Source: Okamejei kenojei
Lineage: Eukaryota
Length of the DNA: 64,000 bases
Direction of reading: 5' to 3'
NCBI GenBank assembly: GCA_035221665.1
Contig: CM069141.1
Span: 40,858,001-40,922,000, forward strand
Shown here one piece after another: positions 39,343 to 54,222 of this stretch. Position numbers and translations under genes: made by a program. The notes under the pieces are model-generated. The model did no database searches, was not told the DNA's origin, and saw nothing but the letters and a program-made list of their open reading frames with translations. Positions within the stretch are counted from its first letter, which is position 1. Each line of letters starts with the position of its first letter.

Positions 39343-40814
39343 TGGTTGCTGGATTTTTTTAAGCATCTGTAAGGTTCAGAGGAGTTTTCCAGTTTTACTT
39401 TTTTTCCCACTAACTTATCCCAAATTAAATCTGATTTTAGGACCCTCTCGGGAAATTGGCTGGGTACATGTATTTTTAATATACAATGCAACCTGGTTGT
39501 GTGGGATATGCTAATTAGCCAATGTATCAATATATGGGTTGGAAGCGTTTAAAGATACCAGTAGAGAATGTGAACTGGCAATGACTAAAACACAGATGAT
39601 TCAGATGTGGCACATTTTTCTGAATGGTTCAAGTTATTAGAGTGATAATTGCTGCTAAGGCCATTCACATTGATAAAGGCAAGGGGACAAAACAGAATAA
39701 GAGCATTTCTCTGAAGTGAACATTGTGGTTAAACTTGTCTCCCACGGAGAGAAAGCTTTGTTATCTCCTGGTAAGATGCCTCTGCTCACCCACCCCACTT
39801 TCCATTGTTTGGTCTTGAATAAAACTTATTTCTAATCAGAAAACAAAGATTGATCCACAATGGGTTTGGGTTGGAAACAACTAATGAATAGCCTAACATG
39901 ATCATTACACTTAATGCATTAGAAACAATGGCTTTGCAATTAGCTTGAGTTGAAATGGCAAATACTTGGCTGCTGGCAAGGTAAACATGAAAAACATAAC
40001 TGCCAGAAACTGTAATACATTTCATGTGTTCTCTAAACAAGCCAGAACAATTAGTTACTGTATGGTTGTATTTTGCTGCAAAAAGCATAATCATCTCAAA
40101 GATTCAAGATTTGGAGTATGTTGTTAAACATTTTCAACAAATTAAAGACTAAACTGCTTTTATTCAATACTAAGCCCATACCAGGCCCATTGTTTACTTT
40201 GCCAGACATGAAAGAAAACAGAATATATCCTTTGTTTTTTTTTGCAAAGCATGACACTTCTATTGAACAAGACTAAATAAAAGTTATAATATGATAGCCT
40301 TAAGCTGCACTTTTAGTGATTTGGTATCAAAGCAAAAAGATTTGAATTGCGCATTCACATAAGAATTAAAGATAAATAGGGAGTTAGATCAGTAATCTGC
40401 TTTTAGATCAGCTTTTAGCTTGACCTGATTCCTGTAGGGCATCAAATCCAATTGGATTGTATACCAGGAGTACCACAGCCCAATGCATATTTCCTGTTAT
40501 GCTTAGTCTCAATTTAACCTTGACTCATTTATTGTTATATGCAAGGCTTCAATATTACTATACAAAAATCCCCTTGGGAAATGGAGCCGTTGATGAATGA
40601 TCTTAATAAGGCACAACCACTAAAATAATTCAGATCTGCCATTGCATTGTACATAACCCAGGTACAATAATATAATTAACAGAATTGTAGAAACAAAGAA
40701 ACATATAGCACAGATAGTAGCTTAAGAAATCCATGCTGCTGAGGGGAACCTATTTGCCCTAATTGTAATTCCTAGATCCTGGTCAATAGTCGTGCATCTT
40801 AAAAACAGAATCGA

Positions 40815-41360
40815 TAATAGAACAGAACAGCAAAAGAACAGATCCTTCGGCCCACAATGTCTGTCCTGAATATAATGGCTAGACCATCTTTCATCAACCT
40901 GCACATATTTCTTAGCTAGACAAAATTGCTGGAGAAACTCAGCGGGTGCGGCAACATCTATGGAGCGAAGGAAATAGGCAATGTTTCAGGCTGAAACCCT
41001 TCTTCAGACGTTGCCTATTTCCCGAAACATTGCCTATTCCCTTCGCTCCATAGATGCTGCCGCACCCGCTGAGTTTCTCCAGCAATTTTATCTGCCTTTG
41101 ATTTTCCAGCATCTGCAGTTCCTTCTTGAACATATTTCTTAGTTCTCCATTCCCTGAATATCCATAGGCCAATCCAAAAGTCTCCTAAATGCCACTGTTG
41201 TATCTGCCTCAACCACCAACCCTGGCAGCACCTTCCAGGTATCACAACAATTAAAAAAAGTTGCCCTAAATATCTCATGTAAACTTTGACCCTCTCACCA
41301 TATAGTTATGCCCTCTAGAATTTGATCTGTCGATCCTGGGAAAAAGCTTCTGATTATCGC
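40815..41360 (-). mobile_element. CR1 3' fragment interrupted by a fold-back Penelope-like insert (40918-41130)
   Basis: CR1 3' UTR on both sides; the insert is an inverted pair around CCCTTCTTCAGAC. Confidence 0.65.
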
Positions 41361-41482
41361 CCACTCCTCTTCACATTAGGACTCATCCACTTCTAGCGTA
41401 CCATGCCTCATGGTGAGGAGAATCAGCTAAGATTTCACCCAGGTGTGTACATATATCTCTTTCATGACCGTTAACATCCTAA

Positions 41483-41802
41483 AAGCCCTGTCCCATGGTA
41501 CGAGTTCATTCCAAGAGCTCTCCTGAGTTTAAAACAAAGTCAAACTCGTGGTAAGCACAGAGAATGAAAGTAGCAGGTACATCGGAGCTCAGGACGTCTC
41601 TAAGTGCTAACGGCAGGTACTCGGGAAGACTCGCTTACGGCAGCTAAGCACGGGAAGACTCGTGAAGATTTTTCAACATGATGAAAAATGTCTACGAGAG
41701 CCCCGAGTTCCGATGAGTGGCCATTACCGTAAATCTCCGAGTTTGAATCAGGGCAAACTCGGGAGAACTCTTGGAATGAACTCGTACTGTGGGACAGGGC
41801 TT
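41483..41802. mobile_element. PIF/Harbinger-type MITE
   Basis: Long TIR AAGCCCTGTCCCATGGTACGAGTTCATTCCAAGAG / CTCTTGGAATGAACTCGTACTGTGGGACAGGGCTT; TAA/TTA flanks. Confidence 0.8.
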
Positions 41803-41829
41803 TTAATCTCAATATGTTCATCACAGGTT

Positions 41830-42450
41830 TCCGGGTGGTGCCGGCAAAGACTGCCTCGCCAGCAGTCTGTCACTTTCCTTCTCTGCTTTTATTATTATAG
41901 TATGTTTTAAATGTTTGTTTCAATGTTTCTAGGTTAGTTTATGTGGGGGTGGGGGGGGGGGGGGGGTGGGGGGGTGGGGGGGGGGGGGAGGAATAGGGGG
42001 AAACCTTTTTTCAGTCACGTACCTCGACGGAGTTACAACTCCCTCAGAGTCTCATCTCTTCCCCTGCCACCGAGCCACTGGATTGGTGCGGCCTTCCTGG
42101 AGGCCTTGCCTGGAGCTTCAAGCAGGCGCGATGCAGACATTAACATCGTGGAGCTGCGATCCATTGTCGAGGATCCAACCGCAGGCCTTTGGACTTTGAC
42201 ACCGTGGATCGGGAACTCCTTGCCGCGGAGTGTTCTGATCTGAAATCGGACCGTCAGTAGCGGCGACTGCGGAGGGTTCAAAGGCCCCGACCATGGGTAA
42301 ACAAAGGAGGAAGATGACTGAATTTTATTGTTCATGTTAAATTTTATTTTATGTGTGTATTGTGTTCTTTTCACTTGGCATGGCTGTATGGTAACTAAAA
42401 TTTCACTATACCTTAATTGGTTAAGTGACAATAATTGCTAACTTGAACTA
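41830..42450 (+). mobile_element. Probable non-autonomous retroposon with LINE-like 3' end
   Basis: GC/CpG-rich body ending in GTGACAATAA...AACTTGAACT, a tail type shared with Rex/L2 fragments in this window; family not identified. Confidence 0.4.
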
Positions 42451-44749
42451 GAACAAGTTCAATTACAACTTTCTCCTTTAATTATGTATTGCTGCCTTCT
42501 TTTATGAATTCAGATGCAATGTATATATTAAGAGGTATAATAACAATACCGTTACTCTTTACTTATCTGTTTATCCAGATACATAGCATCAATTCCTTAT
42601 TTATTATGTGAATATTTTCCATTACTACTCTAATTTACATTTACTGCAGAAGACTTTTCTAGCTTGAGCTCATGACATCCAGTATATCATGCTGCCATTC
42701 CTACATATTTATGCCTGAAGGTAATAAGACACAACAATAAAGAAGTGTCTCTGTCATATACCTAGATTAAATATCTAAGTATCACCCTATCTAGAAATAT
42801 TCTAATGTGTCCTGAACATTTTGTAGTTTCTGTATGCATTATAGAACCAAACATTTCTAATTCTCATGATCAGACCTCGTGATGTGCAATAATAAAGGAT
42901 CGCAGGTGCAATTTTGCAAGATATCACTATTATTACTGTTGGATGTTGAGGAAAATGAACATTCTCTTTCTCAGTTTGGCCATTAAGCTACAAAGAAGAA
43001 AACAAATTCACAAATTGATTAACAGGTTTAGTTAATTCCATACACTGTGCATGAGAAAAAACCTATGTACAAATCTGACATAAAAGTGACACATGGAAAA
43101 AATAGTTATCAGCATGCTGAACATGTATTTCATATGTAAATATTAACATTTAGCATATTTTGAAGCCAAAAACAAAATTGAAGGACAAGCTCAGGTATAG
43201 TTGATTAAATATCATGAAAGGTTCTAGAGAGTGGATGGTTAGTAATTATATTCCTGTTTCTTATGCCCTTCAGATGCAGGATTTTACCAAGGCATTTAAT
43301 TATTACAATTGCTACAGCCTTTGACAGTACATGTAATTGTGTTTACAGTGCTCGCCATCACACAACTGTGCATAAAGCATTTCAAAGTTATTTCAAAATG
43401 ACAAAATTAAGATACAATTTGCTTGTTCACATTATTAAAAAATTCTAGCTGCTTTCAGTTCCAACAAATTTTAAGACATAGATCTTGTATACCTCATTGC
43501 ACATAAAACCTGTCACACAATGATTGCCCATTTCATCTTACTTTTCATGACACAATGCTTTCATTTGCAAACTTGCACGAATTGATGAAGCTCAGTGGAA
43601 AAGCAACAAATTTGACAGAACAGTTATTCCTTCTTATTCCCTGCAATTTTTGTCATAGATTACCTCTGAGGCTTGGGTACAAAACAGCATACATGTGTTA
43701 ATCTGTGGAACATGTTATTAAGAGACAGAACATCTGCTGAAGGTTCCCTCATCGTCTTATGTTTTTCCTGGTGTGGATTTCTCTCTGACCACTGAGGCCA
43801 CTTAAGTAAAGGTAACGCAAAAATATCACCACATGAATTGCCTGATCAGTGGCCCCACCCTACATTGTGGATGGGACATGAGACTTGGAAGAGATTTTTC
43901 TCATGATCTAATCATCTGTGGTTGTCTGACAGCAAGGATTAGCTGGGTCCAAGGACGAAGATGAGACTAAAAGATTAATTTCTGCTAATCCTTTGGCCTT
44001 TTCCTTTCAATGTGTATTGACTCTCGTAAATGGGCCCAGAAGAAAATACATTTCAGCATATTGAATCAGGGTTCATAATTATATTTTAACAAAATTCAAA
44101 TGTGAGCCTGTCCTTGGTTTGAAACTGTCGGTTTAATTGTTCAGCTTATTAATATCGCAATTAAAAAAATTAATCAAGGAAATTAATTAGGAATTTTATT
44201 CAGTAGAAGTAATTAATACTGTTTATGGAGAGTTTGTTAGATATAGAGTTTGTAAGATATACTGTATGTCACAGCATAATTAAACATGAAGCAAATAAGG
44301 ATTGGAGTAATAATCCTATTCCATAATATATTTCTAAGTCTTACAAGTCATTTTCCTATGCTTCCATGACTTTCTATTATTTGTCCAAGATAGATCTTGC
44401 AGGAGAGGATTAACTAATACTAGTAAAATAATCAAAAGATAATTTTGCCTCAGTTCAGAATACAAATACAAGAACGATGTTCACCAGCCTGGAGGGGATA
44501 TGAACATCAAATTAATTCTTATGTACGAAGGAACTACAAATGGTGGTTTATACTGAAGGTAGACACAGATGCTGGAGTAACTCAGCGGGTCAGGCAACAT
44601 TTCTGGAGAAAAGGAATAAGTGATGTTTCAGGTCAGAACCCTTCTTCAGACATTCAATTAATTCTTCAATTCTTCAATTAATTCTTGGTCGGCCACAGCT
44701 AATATACACTCTTCAATTCTGCTCAGCGTACTACAGAAATAATGTAACA

Positions 44750-47150
44750 CAAAGTGGAATGTAGACAGTTTGCGAGGATGTGGTGGAAGAGTATTATTCT
44801 TGCCCGAGGTCTGTGTCCAGTGGGGTTCTGCAGATCACTGTTGTTTGTGATAAATATAAATGAACTGGATGTAAATGTAGATGGGTTTGTTAGAAAATGT
44901 GTTGAATACACCAAAACTGATGGAGTGAGGAAGGCTGTTAAAATAAACAGCAGGTTATAGACCAGCCTCAGAAATGTGCAGAGAAATGGCATGAGTTTAA
45001 TCCAAGCAAGTGGGAAGGGTTGCATTATGGGAGGTTGAATATAAGGGCAAATTATACAGTTAATGCCAAGACCTTTAACACCATTGATGTACTGGGGATT
45101 TTGGGGTCCAAGTCCGTATTGTCCTGACAATGGGAACGCAATAATGTAGTGTGGTAAAGGGGGCATATGCCATGCTTGCCTCTGAATTCTCTCTCGTTTT
45201 CTTTGAAGTGTCACATGTTGAGGGGAAAATTGATAAAGTATATACAATTATGAGAATAGTTGGAACCTTTTTTCCATGGTAGTAATATCAAAGACTAGAG
45301 GACATTGCTTTAAGGTGAGAGAGGCAAAGATGAAAGGAAATGTGTGGGGCTTTTTGTTTTACACAGAACGTGGTGGTTGCTTGGAATTTGCTTCCGAGGA
45401 AGTTGGTGGAGGCAGATAAGATGGTGGCATTTAAGAGGCACTAAACATTTCCTATCCATGTACCTGTCCAACTGTCTTTTCGATGTTGTTATAGTACGTG
45501 CCTCAACTACTTGAGCTCGTTCCATATACTCACCACACTCGTGCCTATTAAATCTCACCTTAAACCTAACCTGCCCCCATCCTCTCCCTATAGCTCAGGC
45601 ATTTAAATCATCAAAACTATCTTTAGAATATAGAAAATTACAGCACAGGAATAACCCTTTGGCCCACAATGCTTGTGATGCCTAGCTGAAATTATCTCAT
45701 CTGCCCTCCATTCCCTGCAACTCCACGTGTTTATCTAAAAGCTTCTTAAACACCACTAATCTATCTATGTCACTACAACTCCCAGCAATGCATTCCAGCC
45801 CCCCCCCCCCCCCCCCCCCCCCCGCCCCCATTCCCCCACCCCCCCACCCTCTGTGTAAAAACTTCCCCCACACATCTCCATTATACTTTCCCCCCTCTCA
45901 CCTTAAAGCTATGCCCACTTGTGTTGAATATTTCCACCCTGGGAAAAAGGTCTATCCTTTCATTGCCCCTCATAACTGTATATACCTCTATCAAGTCTCC
46001 CCTCAACCTCCAACGTTCCAGAGAAAACAATCAAGGTCTATCCAACTTCTCCTGTGGCTGAAACCCTCTAATTTAGGCAGCATTTTGGTAAACCTCCTCT
46101 GCACCCTCTCCAAAGCTTCCACATCTTTCTTGTAATGGGGCGACCAGAATTGAATACAATACTTCAAATGTGGCCTAACCAAAATCCTATAGAGCTGCAT
46201 CAAGACTTCCTAACTCTTATGTTCAATACCCCAGCAGTTAAGGCAAGTATACCATATGCCTTCTTTCCCACCCTATGTGTGCTTCCACCTTCAGTGAGCT
46301 ATGAACTTGGACTCCAAAGTTCCTCTGCACATCAATGCAGTTAATGGTCTTGCTATTAAACTCCATCTGCCCTTTCTCCACCTATTTTCATGCAACTGAT
46401 CTATATTCCAATGTATCTTCTGACATCTTTCTTCACTGCCTGCAACTCCTCCAATGTTGGGGTTGTCAGCAAACTTACTCATCATCTACATTTAGATCTT
46501 GTTCATGTATATATAACACAAAAGGCAGATGTCCCAACAAAGATCCCTGCAGAACTCCACTGGTCACAGACCTGCAGCCAGAATAACTAGCTTCCACCAC
46601 AACCCACTGCTTTCTATGACTAAATAAGTTCCAAATCCATATGATCAAGTCATTGTGAATCCTGTACATAATAATCTTCTGGATCAGAAAATTAAACACT
46701 ATTTTCACACTTCAGATTGCACTGCAATTTAAAATTTTGAATTTAGAATTTAAGATACAGTGTGGAAGCACACCCTTCATAGAAACATAGAAAATAGGTG
46801 CAGGTGTAGGCCATTCGGCCCTTCAAACCTGCACCGCCATTCAATATGATCATGGCTGATCATCCAACTCATAATCCCTTACCTGCCTTCTCTCCATACC
46901 CCCTGATCCCTTTAGCCACAAGGGCCACATCTAACTCCCTCTTAAATATAGCCAATGAACTGGCTTCAACTACCTTCTGTGGCAGAGAATTCCAGAGATT
47001 CACCACTCTCTGTGGGAAAAATGTTTTTCTCATCTTGGTCCTAAAAGATTTCCCCCTTATCCTTAAACTGTGACCCCTTGTCCTGGACTTCCCCAATATC
47101 GGGAACAATCTTCTTGCATCTAGCCGGTCCAACCCCTTAAGAATTTTGTA
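44750..47150. mobile_element. Cluster of CR1 fragments in both orientations
   Basis: RT remnants ([20 protein letters not shown]; GVLQGSLLG; TRGHSLRIRG..FFPQRVVNLWNSLP); (CATAGAAA)n tail at ~46778. Confidence 0.8.
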
Positions 47151-47159
47151 ATTTCTACC

Positions 47160-47432
47160 GAGTCCACGCCAACCATCTATCACCTGTACACTAGTTCTAT
47201 GTTAGTTCCACTTTCATACCTTGCTCACTAGGGGAAATATACAGAAGCCAACTGACCTACAAACCTGCAAGTCATTGGATTGTGGGAAGAAACTGGAGCA
47301 ACGGGGAAAAAACCCATGTGGTTATAACAAGAACATACAAACTCTACACAGACAGCACCTATAAACAAGATCAAACCTAGTTCTCTGGCGCTGTGAGGCA
47401 GCAGCTCTACCACTGTGCTATTGTGCCACCCG
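47160..47432 (-). mobile_element. V-SINE (HE1-type) copy
   Basis: GGGTGGCACAATAGCACAGTGGTAGAGCTGCTGCCTCACAGCGCCAGAGA head and V-domain on the minus strand. Confidence 0.75.
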
Positions 47433-47822
47433 TGTTTTTGCACCGTTCTGCCATTTTGAATTTGTCATTGCATTTATGGGTGTTTCTGTGATTATCATAT
47501 ATATTGTGCACTTGATGAGCTTCATGCAAACATGGAATATCATTCCATCCTGCTGTACATGACAATAACTATTCTGAATCTGAATCTGGTCACTTGATCA
47601 TAAAAATAAATAAAAGTAATCTGATTGATATGGACAGAGTTCAGAGTAGATTGAAGTCTAATGGAGTCCTCATATTCCTGGGACTGTATTCCTGAATGAA
47701 GGCAGGGCTGGGAGAAGAGCAGATAATCTTGAAACTTTTGAACAGCCCTTGGGTTCACTATTCCATTTAGGCTTGAAAGCCTGTTCCTGGCATGGGCATT
47801 GCACTCCAATTCTCAGCTTCTG

Positions 47823-48755
47823 ACATAGAAACATAGAAACATAGAAAATAGGTGCAGGAGTTGGATAGTCAAAAAATTCTATAAGATTCGTCAGCCATGA
47901 TTTACCTTTCATAAATCCATGCTGACTTTGTCCAATGATTTCACCACTTTCCAAATGTGCTGCTATCCCATCTTTAATAACTGACTCTAGCATTTTCCCC
48001 ACTACCGATGTTAGACTAACTGGTCTGTAATTCCCTGTTTTCTCTCTCCCTCCCTTTTTAAAAAGTGGGGTTACATTAGCTACCCTCCAATCCTCAGGAA
48101 CTACTCCAGAATCTAAAGAGTTTTGAAAAATTATCATTAATGCATCCACTATTTCTGGGGCTACTTCCTTAAGTACTCTGGGATGCAGCCTATCTGGCCC
48201 TGGGGATTTATCGGCCTTTAATCCATTCAATTGACCAAACACCACTTCCCGGCTAACCTGGATTTCACTCAGTTCCTCCATCTCATTTGTCCCCTGGTCC
48301 CCTGCTATTTCCGGCAGATTATTTATGTCTTCCTTAGTGAAGACAGAACCAAAGTAATTATTCAATTGGTCTGCCATGTCCTTGTTCCCCATGATCAATT
48401 CACCTGTTCTGACTGCAAGGGACCTACATTTGTTTTAACTAATCTTTTTCTCCTCACATATCTATAAAAACTTTTGCAGTCAGTTTTTATGTTCCCTGCC
48501 AGTTTTATTTCATAATCTATTTTCCCTTTCCTAATTAAGCCCTTTGTCCTCCTCTGCTGGACTCTGAATTTCTCCCAGTCCTCTGGTAGGCTGCTTTTTC
48601 TGGCTAATTTGTGTGCTTCATCTTTTGTTTTGATACTATCCCTGATTTCCCTTGTTATCCACGGATGCACTACCTTTCCTGATTTATTATTCTGAAAACT
48701 GGGATGAACAATTGTTGTAGTTCATCCATGCAGTCTTTAAATTCCTTCCATCATA
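47823..48755 (-). mobile_element. CR1 LINE fragment (RT N-terminal part joined directly to the 3' tail)
   Basis: ORFs 48395-48670 and 47670-48398 (KSPGPDRLHPRVLKE...NYRPVSLTSVVGK...LTNLIEFF), then the (TTTCTATG)n tail. Confidence 0.85.
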
Positions 48756-49129
48756 TATCCAGAAGTTCTGCCAATAATCACACGGGTACACCTCTTGTAG
48801 AATTTGGCATCTGCTATTTGTATACAGAATATAAAATTGCATGGGTATATTTATGGCGCAGTGTTTACTTCTATAGAATAAATATAAACCACATCAAATA
48901 TCCCTGAATATGGTAACGTGATATTATTTCAGTCAGTTGTTTGTGCATGCAGGATTGGACATTAAATTACACGAGGAAGTGAACATGTAGTCCCAGGACA
49001 AAGCTGTGATGTGAAATAATCTCTGTCATGTTTGAATCAGCTGCATGCATAATCATCTATTGAATGATTTGTAATATTTTGAATACCAACCAATAAAATC
49101 AATTTTCTTTTGAGTAACGAGCCCCAGAA

Positions 49130-50707
49130 GTGACTTTCAACTGTCGCCGGAGATCGTCAGGCCACCGTGGTCTAGCGGGCCAGCTCTCCCGACAGGAAGT
49201 ACCCAGAGGTGGCGCAGTGACTGCAAACAAAGACGTAGGAAGCGCGGAAGCTATCGAGCTAGGCTGAAATCAAACCAGCACCAGCCAGCTCTGCCCAGCA
49301 TTTTCCTCGCGAATGTCCGGTCCCTGGTGAGTAAAATCGACGAACTGTGACTGCGGATCACCACACACAACCGGATCGCCAACTGCAACGCCATGGTCTT
49401 CACCGAAACATGGCTCACCGACAACATTCCGGACAACGCCATCGAGCTGGAGGGGCGCACTGTCTTCAGGGCCGATAGAACAGCGGAGGGCTCCGGTAAG
49501 ACCAAGGGCGGCGGACTGTGCATTTATGTGAATAACTCATGGTGTACAGACGTTGTCAGGATTGGTAGTCACTGCTCTGCTGAAATGGAATACCTGATGA
49601 TAAAGTGCAGGCCCTTCTATCTGCCCAGGGAATTTACATCGATTGTTATCACTGCAGTCTATGTACCCCCAGACGCTAATGCCAGGCTAGCAATGGAAGA
49701 GCTGCAAGCTGTTATCAGCAAACAACTAACTGCACACCCAGAGGGGGCTTTTATTGTTGCTGGTGATTTTAACCACTCCAACCTTAAAACTGTACTCTCC
49801 AGATTCCACCAACATGTCTCCACCAACCAGAGGAAACAATATTTTGGACCTAGTATATACCAATATTACTGAAGCATACAAAGCCCTCCCCTCCCCCACC
49901 TGGGCAGTCTGACCACCTCTCTCTGTTCCTGCTCCCCAAATACACACCTCTGATCAGACGTGTGAAACCTACCACGAGGACTGTGAAGGTCTGGCCTGAG
50001 GGGGCTGTGTCTGTTTTACAGGAACCGTTTCAGCAAACAGACTGGAGTCTGTTTGCCACTCAGGCCACCTTCAACTCCCAAGTGGACATCAGCTCATACA
50101 CCTCAACCGTTCTGGACTATATAAAATACTGCACGGACAATGTCACTACCCACAAAGAGATAAAAACCTTCCCTAACCAGAAGCTGTGGATGAGCAGGGA
50201 GGTCAGACTCCTGCGGAAGGCTCGCGACGCCGCTTTTAAATCTGGCGACGCTGAGGGATACAGCTCATCCAGGGCCAATCTGAAAAAGGGAATTAGGAAT
50301 GCTAAACACAATCACAAACGGTGGATTGAGGAGCATTTCCGAAACAACTCTGACACCAGGAGCATGTGGCAAGGAATCAAATCCATTGCCGATTACCATA
50401 AAGTCAACACCCCCTCCCAGACAACGCCTCCCTTCCTGACGAGCTAAACCATTTCTATGCTCGCTTTGACCGGGACAACAAAACTCCAGCCATCAAAGTT
50501 GCTCCATCCCCGAATGAACAACCCCTCTGTCTCTCCACCTCTGCTGTACAAGATGCACTGAACAAGGTGAATGAGCACAAAGCTGCCAGCCCCGATGGCA
50601 TCCCCGGGCGGGTGCTCAGGGCATGTGCTGGACAACTATCCCTGGTCCTCACTGACATTTTCAATCTGTCACTGGCCCAGGGTGTCGTCCCCACTTGCCT
50701 CAAGACC
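49130..50707 (+). mobile_element. Rex1/Babar-type LINE 5' part (APE endonuclease to RT start), 3'-truncated
   Basis: FTETWL, GGGLCIYVN, IVAGDFNH, KAASPDGIPGRVLRACA..DIFNLSL..VPTCLK. Confidence 0.8.
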
Positions 50708-51752
50708 TGGTCTTGGCAGAAGAGATGGTCAAATGAAAGGAGGATCTACTGGAAAGTGAGGGGTCAAGATGCAGTTCTAGAACATCGAAGGTGATGAACT
50801 ACGATTTGGGAAGAACGATTGCTCGAAGTGAATTATCAGTTGGATCAATTCCACAATCGAGGTCCACCGGATTTCATGGCTTTGAAAACCCATTGGAACA
50901 GAGTAGGATGGGTAAAACTTCATCTCAGCAAATGGGTGCTAAATCAAAACAAACCACTATTGGAGCATCTGTCGATGCTCGAGACAAACCAATAGCGGAA
51001 CACGCTTATCCGAGGTCTGGTGCACAGGCTCGAGCAGCCAGTTTGAGTCACAAAGGCCTGTTTATCAACAGGTGGAGCCATGCCAACGTTATCAGGATGG
51101 ATTATTGGCATTGGTGAAAAAGCAAACCGAATTCAATCAGATCATAACTCGACAAAATACCTCTCTCACTCTAACACCAGCAGAAATTCCTACTTATGAT
51201 GGAGATCCTTTGCGGTATGAAGCTTTTGTAAGGGCATTAGAAGAAGTATTAGAAATGAAAGTTACGGATGAAAAGGAGCGCTTACGATTTCTGGTGAAGT
51301 ACACAAGTGGAAGTATTCAGATACTTGGAGAAAGTTGTCAAAATAAGCCAGGCAGCCATGGCTATAAAAAGGCGAGAAGATTACTTAAAGAACGTTTTGG
51401 TAATGAACAGACGATTGCTAATGCATACATGGAGAAGGCCCATGCTTGGAAAGAAATGAAGCCGGAAGATGGGGAGGCATTGAGTGATTATGCAATATTT
51501 CTGAGAGGTTGTTGCAGCTCCATGAAAAATCTTGGCCACATAAAGGAAATGAATCTTGCTAGTAATACTAGAATCATCATTAGCAAGTTGCCCAGAAGAC
51601 TGAGAGAAAAGTGGAGATATGAAGCAGGTGGAATAATGGATAAGAGGAACCAAGTAGCCTGGCTACCAGACCTGGTGGATTTCTTCGACAGGGAAGTGTG
51701 GTACATGTTAGAGCCACACTATGGGACTATTGAAGATTACAAACCGATTGAT

Positions 51753-52197
51753 AAGACTAGGCTTGTATTCATTGGAGTTTAGAAGGAGCAGGGGGGATCT
51801 AATAGAAACATATAAAATTATAAAAGGACTTGGCAAGCTAGATGCAGGAAAAATGTTCCCAATGTTGGGCGAGTCCAGAACCAGGGGCCACAGTCTAAGA
51901 ATAAAGGGGAAGCCATTTAAGACTGAGGTGAGAAAAAAACTTTTTCACCCAGAGAGTTGTAAATTTGTGGAATTCCCTGGAAGAGGGCAGTGGAGGCCAA
52001 ATCACTGGATGGATTTAAGAGAGAGTTTGATACAGCTCTAGGGGCTAGTGGAATCAAGGGAAATGGGGAGAAGTAAGGCATGGGTTATTGATTGGGGACG
52101 ATCAGCCATGATCACAATGCATGGTGGTGCTGACTCGATGGGCTGAATGGCCTCCTCCTGCACCTATTTTCTGCGTTTCTATGTTTCTATCTTTCTA
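51753..52197 (+). mobile_element. CR1 3' fragment inserted in BEL gag
   Basis: LGLYSLEFRR.RGDLIETYKI...TRGHSLRIKG; (TTTCTATG)n tail. Confidence 0.85.
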
Positions 52198-54222
52198 TGA
52201 TTTCAACTAACAAAAGTTCCACCTTTTCCAAAACTGAAGAAAGATCAGAACCGAAGAGAAGTAGTTTTGCTATCACAACCATACCTGTGGAAACGATGGA
52301 TGGAATGAAAGGAAATATGTCTACTACCAAGCAAATAGTATTTTGTTTGTTATGTGATGAAGTTGGTCACACCATAACATGGTGTCGAAGATTCAAGATG
52401 AAAGAATATGAAGAAAAGATGGTTTTCTTGAAAGAGAATGGAATCTGTTTTGGATGTTTGAAAAAAGGACATATGGTGAGAGACTGTAGGAGTCCTATGA
52501 TTTGTTATAAGTGCAGGCAATATCATCCTGAAGCACTTCACACTGAAGAAGAGCTACCAGAGTATTGGGAAGAAGAACTGGAACAAATAGATGAAGAAAT
52601 ATCAGAGCAAATAGAAGAAGATGAACCGAAGCAAACAGAACAGAGGCAACTACTAGAGATGCTATCTCCTCGCCTCAAGTAACTGCTCATATTGGGGCTG
52701 GGGTTGAAGCTTGTAACTTTTCTATCTTACCAGTACAGGTAAGGAACAGCAAGACAAATACAGTGTTGCAAACATATGCTTTTCTGGATCACGGAAGCTC
52801 GACTACCTTTAGCACAGTAAGCCTGACGAGAAGGCTGAACATCACAGGAGAAGAGACCAAGATTCAATTACGTACCATGACTAAAGATAAAGAGAGCAGG
52901 AGTCAATACATTACGAGTATGGAGATATCCAGTTTGGATGAAGATAGTTTTATACCAATATCTGAAGTGTTTACACATGGAACCATGCCTGTTGGTCGTC
53001 AAAATATACCAAGACATGAAGACTTGAAACAATGGCCTTACCTGAAGGATGTCAAGATATCTGAAATAAATTCTAGTGTTGATCTAATTATCGAAACGAA
53101 CCTATACAAATTGTTAGGAGCCAAGGTGATGGACCATATGCTACAAAAACCCGACTTGGATGGGTTATCTATGGAACTATCCTACCATTGTTGTTAATCA
53201 AATATCTATTGATAAATTAGAAAACCAGTGATGAAGCAATACCATCATGACTTCAATGAAAGTAACAGCAAGGAATCTGAAGAGATGTCAAATGAAGAGT
53301 TGAAGTTCATGGAAATTATGAACTACTCAGTAAAGATTGACAGACACTATTGTGTGGACTTACCTTTCAAACAAGAAAGTGTTAGTTTGCCGAATAATCG
53401 TTGCAAGGCTGAGCATAGCCACCAGAATTTGAAACGTGTTTGGCGAGAATACTATATTTCATGAAGTAAGAATCTCTTTGAAGAATAATTTCTACAAGGA
53501 TGATTACTTAAAATCCATGTCTACTGAGCAGAAAGCAATTCTACCAGTAGAACATATAAATTCCCTTTGCGATAAGGGAGGATTCACACTTTCCAAGTGG
53601 ATCCGCGACAATTGTGAAAGCATTCCACTAGACGATAGAGCCAAAGAAACCAGAGAGTTGGATTTGGACAAAGACAATCTGCCAATGGAAAGAGCATTGG
53701 GGGTTACTAATGTTGTACAACTGAAATATGTTAACACAAAAGAAAATCCTGCGGATTAAGCTTCCAGAGAACTGACAGCGAACCACTTCTCAAGCGATCA
53801 ATGAACTAAAATCTCTCTGTAAGCCAGACAGAGAATGGCCAAAGCCCGAGCTGGGATTTGAAATCTCTGCTAATGATCTGGAAATTAAATCAAACCTAAC
53901 GGTGAACTTTAATGCTAATAGTCATGTAATTCTCTCAAAGGATTTTCACACTTCAACATTGTTGTGATAACACATTCATGAATTGATCAGACATGGAAGA
54001 AGACGTTTCATGCTATCAAAGCTTAGGACTGTTACGTTTTGGATTATATACTGGGTATCATGCTTGATTTTAAGGGTTTGGTGCACACGGAATGACTGTA
54101 AACTAAAACCAGTGTTTTAATAAGATTAATAATCAAGTTATGCTTGTTTCTAGAAGGCGAAAGTGAAGATGGAAGAGTCGATGAAGAATTCTGATTGCGG
54201 ATATATAGTGCATGCTATTTTT

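Noticed and set aside
43933-43993. 10-bp inverted repeat AAGGATTAGC/GCTAATCCTT
   Set aside because: Short, with no further pairing or second copy; compatible with chance, and no miRNA or TE evidence.
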